DNA of 64,000 bases from Veleropilina oligotropha (taxonomy: Eukaryota): NCBI GenBank assembly GCA_048128005.1, contig JBEUKZ010000117.1, positions 186,001 through 250,000 on the forward strand, in the 5' to 3' direction. Shown piece after piece: positions 54,475 to 64,000 of the stretch. The stretch's first letter is position 1, and every line of letters starts with the position of its first letter. Under the pieces are notes generated by a model. That model saw only the letters and a list, made by a program, of their open reading frames with translations, did no database searches and was not told the origin of the DNA. The position numbers and the translations under genes were made by a program.

Positions 54475-54735
54475 GGAGGGAGGGATGATGCTTAATGTCG
54501 TGTATATTTACAACATCGAGGTTCAAGGCAGGGCATGTCCGTGTTATCGCTGGAGGAAACCCCTGTCGCCCGGGTAAACCCGCCCTCTTCGGCCAGTCAC
54601 GGACAACTGTGATTCATAACTTGAACAAATTTCAATGCCTCAGCCAGGTATAGAACCCACTACTCTTCGCATTAGCGGAATCAATCCAGTGAATTTAGAG
54701 TGGACACTCTACCCACTGCGCTGCCGAAGCGGCCC
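54475..54735 (-). mobile_element. Full-length tRNA-derived SINE
   Basis: Minus strand begins GGGCCGCTTCGGCAGCGCAGTGGGTAG (A box) and has GGTTCTATACC (B box), a GGGTTTACCCGGG..GGTTTCCTCC core and a CT-rich tail. Degenerate TSD ATTGTAAATGT / ATAGTAGATGT. Confidence 0.8.
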
Positions 54736-55194
54736 ATAGTAGATGTCAAATTGCAGCCCTTTTCATATTCATATTAGTGAAAATGTCCATAATAGTCCAG
54801 TGGCTTAGCCGCAAATTTTGACGATTTCGATACACGCTGGTCCAAAGCACCAAAATTGGTACAAATGCTCCTTAGGTAATACAAAATCATTCTGCAGGTA
54901 TGTGCCCGACCTACGACTTCCGGTTTAGGATTTTTCAAGATGGCCGCCACCACCATTATCAAAAATAACCTTATGTACTATAACTTGGAAACTAAAGCAT
55001 ATACAAAGACGAAACCAGTGTCTATACCCACTATTTCAGGGTCAACGAATGTGATGATAGTACTTTTTATAGGGGTCGATGTCATATTTGTCCATATTTG
55101 TCCATATATGACCATTTTTCACATTGACGCCATTCAACCAGCGTCTATATTACTACTATATGCGCAGTCAACTAGTAATAATTTGAATGTAATT

Positions 55195-56435
55195 TCAGTC
55201 AGTGCAAAGTCGTCTACAATAGCACAGTGCTGTGCACTTGAGACCCGTACTCTTGCAAACACATTTTCTTGTGCAGACGGGGTCTGCCTTGCATCCACAC
55301 TTGATAAGCTGCCTGCATGTTTTAGAGACTTCTGGCTGTGTCGTCCAAACTGGTTGCCATTGATTGTTCTGTTTCGCCCAACCAAATCGCTCTGGACTGG
55401 GTAATTTCTGCTCAGCTTCCAAGCACTGCAGCCAGATACTTGCCTGATAAACACTGCGATTTGTGTGTTCGATCAAAGCAGCCTGAGTTGGTGGCAGATT
55501 TTGCATCATTGGTGTCTTTCGTGGAAACAGGTCTCTCCGTAGGTCATTTACACTGCTAGAGCCTGACGAGCGATCATACAGAATGCATATGAACTTCTCT
55601 ATGAGTTCAAATTGTGGTGAAATGGCACTCATTGGTTCAAATGAGTGCAGGTTTGGATACATGAATGCCTCTGTGACAGATGGACATGACCTCCAACATT
55701 CCCAGCATGATTTCTTTGCCTTTCCAAGGAACTGAGAGGTCGTATCAGACCCAGTGAAGGCATGGAAGAATGGAAGGGCACATGATCTGTCTTCTCCAAG
55801 CTCAGAGCAAATTGAATTGATATGGAAGTAGCGGAAGTTCTTGCCCTTTCCAAATGCTACCCAAAGCTGAAGAGTGATGTACATCTTTACCAGTTGGAAA
55901 TAAATGCCAATAAGAATTACCACAACGTCTGTATCCACTGTGCTGACCATGATAACTCTTGCTCCTTTTTTGGCAGCATCTGCAACATGTAGACACATTC
56001 TCGTATCGGCCTCCTCTTGGTCAGATACTGGCATCTGATCACTGTCGCCCTTTGTGACAACTGATTGCCCTGCGGTAATATGAACTACCTTGTCTGGAGG
56101 ATAATCAGTCGCTGCTACATCTTCTGTGAGTAGGGCAAACAACTCTTCTTTGTTCTGCGAGTCTTGTAGAAAGGCACCAAAGTCCTTTGGTAGCTTTGTC
56201 TTTGACGAAACCTTTTTCCGGACCCCTTTGCCTCTTTTCTCACGTGTTGCCTCCTTCAGACTGTCATTCTTGTATGCATCCCATACAACATCAATGCGCT
56301 GACAGTTCTGAAGTTGACGAATGGTCCAGCGTCTGAAGACGACATCACTATACTGGCCAAACGTTGACGCATCTTCTCGTGGAAGTGAATGTACCACTGC
56401 TGGGCCATCAAAGACTTTGCAATCAAAGTTAGGTG
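55195..56435 (-). pseudogene. Academ XPG nuclease + Cys8 fragment (left arm)
   Basis: VFDGPA, VVWDAY, QEEADTRM, DTDV, HAFTGSDTTS, LPPT, FGW, CxC..C..CxC..C..CxC..C; no transposase domain. Confidence 0.88.
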
Positions 56436-57691
56436 CAAAGCCAGAAGTTCCACCTAACTTTGATTGCAAAGTCTTTGATGGCCCAGCAGTGGTACATTCA
56501 CTTCCACGAGAAGATGCGTCAACGTTTGGCCAGTATAGTGAGGTCGTCTTCAGACGCTGGACCATTCGTCAACTTCAGAACTGTCAGCGCATTGATGTTG
56601 TATGGGATGCATACAAGAATGACAGTCTGAAGGAGGCAACACGTGAGAAAAGAGGCAAAGGGGTCCGGAAAAAGGTTTCGTCAAAGACAAAGCTACCAAA
56701 GGACTTTGGTGCCTTTCTACAAGACTCGCAGAACAAAGAAGAGTTGTTTGCCCTACTCACAGAAGATGTAGCAGCGACTGATTATCCTCCAGACAAGGTA
56801 GTTCATATTACCGCAGGGCAATCAGTTGTCACAAAGGGCGACAGTGATCAGATGCCAGTATCTGACCAAGAGGAGGCCGATACGAGAATGTGTCTACATG
56901 TTGCAGATGCTGCCAAAAAAGGAGCAAGAGTTATCATGGTCAGCACAGTGGATACAGACGTTGTGGTAATTCTTATTGGCATTTATTTCCAACTGGTAAA
57001 GATGTACATCACTCTTCAGCTTTGGGTAGCATTTGGAAAGGGCAAGAACTTCCGCTATTTCCATATCAATTCAATTTGCTCTGAGCTTGGAGAAGACAGA
57101 TCATGTGCCCTTCCATTCTTCCATGCCTTCACTGGGTCTGATACGACCTCTCAGTTCCTTGGAAAGGCAAAGAAATCATGCTGGGAATGTTGGAGGTCAT
57201 GTCCATCTGTCACAGAGGCATTCATGTATCCAAACGTGCACTCATTTGAACCAATGAGTGCCATTTCACCACAATTTGAACTCATAGAGAAGTTCATATG
57301 CAAACTGTATGATCGCTCGTCAGGCTCTAGCAGTGTAAATGACCTACGGAGAGACCTGTTTCCACGAAAGACACCAATGATGCAAAATCTGCCACCAACT
57401 CAGGCTGCTTTGATCGAACACACAAATTGCAGTGTTTATCAGGCAAGTATCTGGCTGCAGTGCTTGGAAGCTGAGCAGAAATTACCCAGTCCAGAGCGAT
57501 TTGGTTGGGCGAAACAGAACAATCAATGGCAACCAGTTTGGACGACACAGCCAGAAGTCTCTAAAACATGCAGGCAGCTTATCAAGTGTGGATGCAAGGC
57601 AGACCCCGTCTGCACAAGAAAATGTGTTTGCAAGAGTACGGGTCTCAAGTGCACAGCACTGTGCTATTGTAGAGGACTTTGCACTGACTGA
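56436..57691 (+). pseudogene. Academ XPG nuclease + Cys8 fragment (right arm)
   Basis: Same motifs; differs from the left arm at 5 residues outside the loop. Confidence 0.88.
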
Positions 57692-59450
57692 AATTACATT
57701 CAAATTATTACTAGTTGACTGCGCATATAGTAGTAATATAGACGCTGGTTGAATGGCGTCAATGTGAAAAATGGTCATATATGGACAAATATGGACAAAT
57801 ATGACATCGACCCCTATAAAAAGTACTATCATCACATTCGTTGACCCTGAAATAGTGGGTATAGACACTGGTTTCGTCTTTGTATATGCTTTAGTTTCCA
57901 AGTTATAGTACATAAGGTTATTTTTGATAATGGTGGTGGCGGCCATCTTGAAAAATCCTAAACCGGAAGTCGTAGGTCGGGCACATACCTGCAGAATGAT
58001 TTTGTATTACCTAAGGAGCATTTGTACCAATTTTGGTGCTTTGGACCAGCGTGTCACAAAAATTTTGCTAAGCCACCGGACTATAAATGTTGGTAAACAA
58101 CATTGTATTTGCACTCTCACTATGCAGGAAAGGGGGTTTCATGCCGTTAATTATCAAATTTTTCTTCAATTTGCAACATATTTATTATACAGTGGCGAAA
58201 ATGTTCATAAATGTTCGTAACAAAACGTCGTATTTACACTGTCGTACTGCAGGAGATGAGATTTCGCATCATTAATCTTAGAATTGTTCTCCGTGTGACA
58301 CATGTTTCATAGTAGGTTACATGTCAGATTCAACCTTTTACTCTTACATACATGGCGAAATGTATGTTTCTTAATGTAGGTAAAACATCGTATTGGCATT
58401 CATTTTTGTGTGGAATTAAAGATATAGATAAAATATAATGTATTATATAATTCAAATTTTAGAATAAAGCGCCATAAAAACATGGGAATTTATGCCAGAT
58501 TCGACGCATACTTTAATTACATCAATGAAGAGTATGCCTGTAGCCATTCTAAAATTATTGGCTTTTATCGTAATTTTATCTCATGTATTCTGTCCATTAA
58601 AGTCTAATTTTAAGATAATTAAAGTGGTCAATATAAATGCTAGAGTGCAGAGAACGCATCTAAGACCTTTTATAACGAAACATTTTCGACCCCCCTAGCA
58701 GACTACGCCCCCCCCTTTTCAGAAATCCTGTATCCGTCCCTGAATTTCACCAGTTCTCTGTATCTGCAGTAAATAGTAATCATAAATGACAGTGATTTAC
58801 AAATATTAAATATGACTTAAATAAACAGGGCTCAAATTACTTACCTCGATCGATGAAACATCAGTAAGACATTTATGTCAGAACGAACGCTGCAGGAAAC
58901 GTCACTGCGCATGCCCACGGTCTCCTGATTTTCCACGTTCAACAAACTTCGATTTGTTTTTTTATCTCGCATGGAGTCGAATATCGTTGGGCCCGATTAC
59001 AACTTAATTTCGGCCGCCGTCGAGGAGCGACGATGACTAAATATATTAATTTTAAAATTCTTAATTAGTATTGGTAATTCTTTTATTAACATTAACATTA
59101 AGTATTTTACTTTTCAGACAAAGTACAACACATACATTTAACCTGATTATTTATATCTGAATATATGATTACAACGATTATTTCATAATGTTAAATTTAT
59201 ATAATTAATGAATATGCTTCAAATAATTATCAGTCTGCATGTCAGCCTGACTGGTTATTGATAATTTTAATATGAATTGGAATTGCGCGCTATCTTGAAT
59301 ATGTCGCAATTTAATACAATCAATATCCAACGCCGATGCATGCAACATCGTAGTACTACGCGAGCTACAACGCAAAATCAACGTTGTGTTTGTCGCGAGC
59401 TACAACGTCAAAACACAACGTTGAATCAACGGTATGTAAACTAAACGTTG

Positions 59451-59887
59451 TTATGTCTTGACCTTTTTGACAAAAAATGACAAGACATTATCAAATGGTC
59501 CGTATGTATATATGCATATATACTTATATATATATCCGCTGATTTTCTCGAAAACTACAGAACCAATTAACCTGAAAATTGGTACACATATTCCCAAGAT
59601 TATTTGTAGGTCGTTTATATAACTTTCGCGACATAATTTTGCAAAAATATGCATTTATTAGGCACTTTTATGCATATTTGTATATGGCGTATGTCTAATA
59701 TTGCAAGCAAAGAGCAATGACGTCATTACGACGTCGCTTTAGATTAATCGTCATTTGGTGACGTCACAATCGACGGGGTAGTAAATTAAGCCATGAAGTA
59801 CTTGCACTTAGCCATTGTATTAACTGTTATGAAAATTGGAGGGAAATAAAGAAAGGTCAAGACATATTCCGAACGCGTCGTTCTTGT
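59451..59887 (+). mobile_element. Helentron-associated non-autonomous element (HINE/DINE-1-like)
   Basis: Subterminal IRs ATGTCTTGACCTTT (59453) / AAAGGTCAAGACAT (59852), a nearby partial IR, a (TA)n microsatellite, 3' hairpin GAACGCGTCGTTC, and TT flanks. Confidence 0.75.
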
Positions 59888-59959
59888 TATGTTGAGCAAC
59901 GTCGCGACGCAAAACAACGCAAATTCAACGTTCGATTAAACGTTGTGCGCCTGCTGGGA

Positions 59960-60330
59960 TATACCTTTTCATTATGGATTCGCATGTGGGTTCTATGGGT
60001 GCTGGGTTGTGAAAATGCCCTGTTGCACACCATGCACGGATGAGATTTATCTCTAGTATGGATGTTCATGTGATTCTTGAGATCGCCCAACTCTGCAAAC
60101 TATCTACTGCAGACGCATTGATATGATTTCTCTTTCGTATGAGTACGCATGCGTGTTCGTGGGGCGCCTTGATGCGACTTTGAATGATGGCACATTGCGA
60201 TTCGATATGGTTTATACGCTGTGTGAGTTCGCAAATGAATCTTCATATAACTGGTTTACGAAAATGCCTTGCCCCAAATACAACACTTGCGAGGTTTTTT
60301 TCCTCCTGCATGCGAACACATGCGCGCTCG
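59960..60330 (-). pseudogene. Minus-strand C2H2 zinc-finger remnant
   Basis: ORF 59887-60090: LKNHMNIHTRDKSHPCMVCNRAFSQPSTHRTHMRIH. Confidence 0.7.
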
Positions 60331-60816
60331 TAGCTCATATATTATTTAACCGGATCACCGCATGAAATAAATATGGCGCTGATAGAGTATTGACATATAT
60401 TTGAGTCATTTCGTCGAAGGTAAGATCGGTAACAAAAACCCTTTATATTTAGCTATAGTTGCACAAGACATGATTACTCATTAACAAAGAACAGCGATTG
60501 TTTTATTTCATCTGTTCAATAACTTATATACGATATTGGGGCTTAAATTCACCACGTAAAAATATCAGAACACATCGGATCTCGGTCATTCTGTCAAGTG
60601 CATTTTAACAAATTCGCCGTCAGGATCGATATATCCCGCCCCCAAATTTTATTATTTAGCCGCCCGGGACGAGATTTCTGGTAACCTATGATGTATGTCA
60701 CCTATGCAGCCGCGCGGGTAGGAACTGGGCAAATGGAAAAGGTCATATTATGATTGTGTAATATCCATGTTTGCTACCTGGCTGCGCGGCTGCCGCGTAA
60801 ATGGAAAAAAAGCCTT

Positions 60817-62622
60817 AACTTGCTATTTTGCGAAACATATATTAGGAGCGAAAGAAATGTGCGAACATAAGACGTTATAAATATTTATATAATAATTATA
60901 GTTGCATTGCCCGTAAGTAGCGAAAAACGCTTTTAATTTTAAACCCTAGACCGCAAATGTATTTTTTCAACTTAGCCAAAGGTAGAAACTTTGCAATTTT
61001 TCCAAATAATTATATAGACGGGGTCCCTGGGGCGCCTGCGACGTTAAAGTCACCCAACATGACAATTTTGGGACTAAACTGAAGAGCTTGATCAATTGAT
61101 TGTTCTACTAGGTCCCAATCATCAAATCTCGGATGGATATAAAACGTACCCATCAGGATATGCTTATGGCCATGTTTAATGTCTACCCAAATTGCCTCTA
61201 AATTTGGTATAAGGCGGTTCTTATTTTCTTTAAATGAAATATTATTTTTAACGTACATGGCGACTCCGCCTCTTTGTCTGTTTCTATCCAATCGGATAGG
61301 GTTTTGGTAGGTTGGACGTTACTATTAGCGGTGACGATATTAAACTACCAAACTAACCTTGCGCTTATGGTTATGACATCATATCCCCCTAACTCCACCG
61401 CGATACGATCCAGTTAATTCGAAAGACTGGGCATTTACATGACATGCCGATAGGTTTTTTGCATATGTAGTTTCTGGTCCGGGATTTGTTTCAACGTCAC
61501 CAGACATTAGTATTAGCATTATAATAATATATAATTCATTATTTTTTCAACATAAAATATCTTTTTGTCCTGTGAAAAATGATATGTTTGACAGGGAGGA
61601 TAATAATATTTCGTTAAGATATAAGAAGATCCAAATTCCTATATCTCTATATAGGAAAATAAGTATTTCTAAGTATATGTGTATCATATTCAAGGATTTT
61701 TTGCGTTTTAATTTGGTAACTCTTGCATAAAAGCACCCAACATAGGCCATGTAAGTTTCTATATCACATCCTATACACAATTTTCCACCACCTTGGTCTT
61801 ATTATGTGGGCCTCGTGGATGCATGGTATTAAGTTCGGTAGAGATCTTCGTGGGTACAAGCGATAATATAATAGTCACGTGGATTACAATATGTACATTT
61901 TTGATTATAATTAGTTTTTAACAAATAATATAATTTGGTTTTGACAATGCTCCAATCAATTTTGTTGTTCAAACATGGGTTGGGGATAACAATCTTAAAA
62001 GACATACATGTTAGAAATGGAAAATAACGACAAAGAAACAATAATAAAATATAAAAAATCAATAATTGAAACCAGGTTTGCGGTTTCATGATTTTTTTTG
62101 TGGGAAATGCTATATTTACAAGGTACAATGGTTTTTTGTCAAGCGTTTCATTTCGTTTTGGCCATTTGTATAAATGTGCAGATCAATAATTGTACATAAA
62201 TTTGCTGCGTAATTGATGTGTTAATTTTCTATGCATATTAGCATGTCGATGCAGTTTCCGTGCGTGGCATAAACACCAATATTTACTTGGAGATAATAAT
62301 GCGAGAATAGCCTTCTGGATGGGTGCCAATTGTGTCACGATCAAATGTGTACGCATTATCTCTGGCCTAATATTGGGCGCATTTCGCAGCACATAGTAAT
62401 CATTTTCAATAAATAGTACTGTAACTTGCTATTTTGCGAAACATAAATTAGGAGCGAAAGAAATGTGCGAACATAAGACGTTATAAATTTTTGTATAATA
62501 ATTAAAGTTGCATTGCCCGTAAGTCGCGAAAAACGCTTTTAATTTTAAACCCTAGACCGCAAATGTATATATTCCACTTACCAAAAGTTAGAAACTTTGC
62601 AATGTTTCCAAATAATTCTATA
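60817..62622 (+). repeat. Two direct repeats of about 200 bp (60817-61017, 62422-62622)
   Basis: TAACTTGCTATTTTGCGAAACATA...TCCAAATAATT.TATAGA occurs twice about 1.6 kb apart. Confidence 0.85.
61040..61310 (-). mobile_element. APE-endonuclease fragment of a CR1/L2-group LINE
   Basis: RLDRNRQRGGVAMYVK, EAIWV, GTFY..P, MLGDFN. Confidence 0.8.
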
Positions 62623-62699
62623 GAGCACCTGCAAATTAATATTAAAACATGCACTTGTTTACGGGATGATAGATTTGCGTAATAAATGTCTATGGGCAT

Positions 62700-63680
62700 A
62701 TGGGTTGTTCTATGCATTGTTTTACATCCATATACTTTAGTGTTGACTATATTGATGCTGCAAGTGATTTATAATATAAATAACATGTGAAATTAGTGTT
62801 TGTGGACATATACATTTTTGTTAAAGTTGAGTGAATTTCCATTCTGTTCCAGTATTGCATACATATTCTTTGGTGATGCTTATATTGATACTGTAATACA
62901 TTTTACTCTTGCAATGATATTGAATATTATTTTGTATAAATAAGAAACTTGATGTTTTTGGACATATATGTTTTGGTTAAAGTTTATATCAGAGTGATTG
63001 CGGAAGGCGGGGGATGAATCCGTTTTCTAACGGGCTCTTGTATTAAATATGCATTGATAATGGTTATATGGATGTCACCTGATACTCTAACACTGATATT
63101 GAATGGAATTTAAAATAAATAATGCCTGAAATTGGTGTTTGTGGACATATACATTTTGGTTAAAGTTTTCGGTTAAATATTTTCAATGGTCGCATATGTG
63201 TTGTCTTAGGCTCTTCTTTGCATACGTGTGCATTGGTAAAGCACTTATGGATGCCTGCTGATACTCTGGCACTGATGTTGAATGTAATTTAATATAATTA
63301 ATGCCTGAAATTGGTGGTCTTGGACAATTGGACGAATATGGCTTGCTCAATGCACTTTTAGCATCCTTATGCATTGGTAATGGTTATATGGATGTCACCT
63401 GATACTCCGGCACTGATATCAAATGGAATTTAATAAAATAATGACTCAAATTGGTGTTTTTGTTCTTTGAAAATTTGTATCAAGTTTTGGGTTAAAGTTT
63501 TCAAATGGATGAATATGGCTTTCTCAAGGCCCTCTTTTTGCATCCATATGCATTGGTAATGGCTACATGGATGCCACCTGATACTTTGGAACTGATATGG
63601 ATTTGAATTTAATATACAATTGTCTAAATTTGATGTTTTTGAACTTCAAAATTTTGGTTGTTGGTTTTGGTTAAAGTTGA
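62700..63680. repeat. Degenerate tandem repeat (about 140-190 bp units)
   Basis: Recurrent GCATTGGTAATGGTTATATGGATGTCACCTGATACTCT and GTGGACATATACATTTTGGTTAAAGTT blocks. Confidence 0.75.
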
Positions 63681-63814
63681 AATATTTAAATACGTGTTTG
63701 ATAGTCATAAAGCTTTTTGCAATGTGCGGCATCCGGTGTCTTCATCCCGGGGCATATCCATGTTACGGGGAACATATTTCTAGTTTGAGTTTGTCATCGT
63801 AGCGCCGCGCACAT

Positions 63815-64000
63815 TTATAAACCTGCTAAGGAAATTATGTTTATGTATTAATATATTGTGTATATTTTCAGGTAGCTTGGGTACTAGAGTTGATACATGC
63901 TTCACTCATTCGTTGATCATCAAACAATGTTGAACTGGCTGAGAACAACACCGTTCGATCATAGTTACCGTTCAGAGTTATACACAGCGTCCAATCAGTA
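63815..64000 (+). repeat. Start of a third, more diverged copy of the ZnF-upstream block
   Basis: GCTAAGGAAATTA..TATGTATTAATATATTG..TATATTT.CAGGTAGCT matches about 2008-2061 and 38810-38861, including the AG acceptor-like site. Confidence 0.75.

Larger units (their letters stand above)
54793..58083. mobile_element. Palindromic (fold-back) Academ derivative: two inverted copies of the XPG-Cys8 3' half
   Basis: TAGTCCAGTGGCTTAGC...GCTAAGCCACCGGACTA with TSD TAA (54790-54792 / 58084-58086). Arms 54832-56435 and 56451-58054 are near-perfect reverse complements around a 15-nt loop. Confidence 0.95.
53725..58742. mobile_element. Non-autonomous TIR element hosting the SINE and the palindromic Academ
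   Basis: CAGGGGCGGATTTAGG...CCTGTATCCGTCCCTG termini flanked by AATTT on both sides. Internal degenerate repeat of about 110-120 bp continues across the Academ insertion. Confidence 0.6.

Noticed and set aside
56321..56565. N-terminal peptide MVQRLKTTSLYWPN... of the two 456-aa ORFs as real protein
   Set aside because: It is the antisense reading of the opposite arm running through the loop.
54793..58083. Palindrome as a fold-back chimeric read or assembly artefact
   Set aside because: The arms differ at several sites, the two termini differ in the family-typical way, a TAA TSD is present and the flanking repeat is continuous. Spanning reads are still needed to close the question.

Overview
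AT-rich animal (probably invertebrate) genomic DNA, almost entirely a tandem C2H2 zinc-finger (pseudo)gene cluster invaded by transposable elements. No bacterial genes, rRNA or CRISPR arrays are present. Two diverged copies of a block (about 1.3-27.4 kb minus later insertions, and about 38.0-46.1 kb) each carry a frameshifted + strand TGEKP zinc-finger array, a third copy begins at the window end, and there are two minus-strand ZnF remnants. TEs with supportable boundaries: a near-intact 6.7-kb Academ (DDE transposase + XPG nuclease + Cys8 finger; TAGTCC termini, 3-bp TSD) inserted into ZnF copy A; a four-level nest (DIRS1 retrotransposon in an ISL2EU/Harbinger-type element in a probable solo LTR in the tip of a decayed Academ); a FLYWCH-MULE interrupted by a hAT-like MITE; RTE, CR1 and L2-type LINE fragments; tRNA-derived SINEs; Helitron/Helentron-type non-autonomous elements; and a Crypton-like remnant. 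The two most notable observations: (1) a 3.3-kb Academ derivative that is a near-perfect palindrome of the XPG-Cys8 half, yet has a TSD and two different termini (Mu-killer-like hairpin locus); (2) all three Academ elements with both ends have bipartite TIRs in which the inner repeat is offset from the TAGTC tip by 8-10 bp more at one end, suggesting a 12/23-like end-pairing rule. All assignments come from reading motifs by eye; no searches were run.
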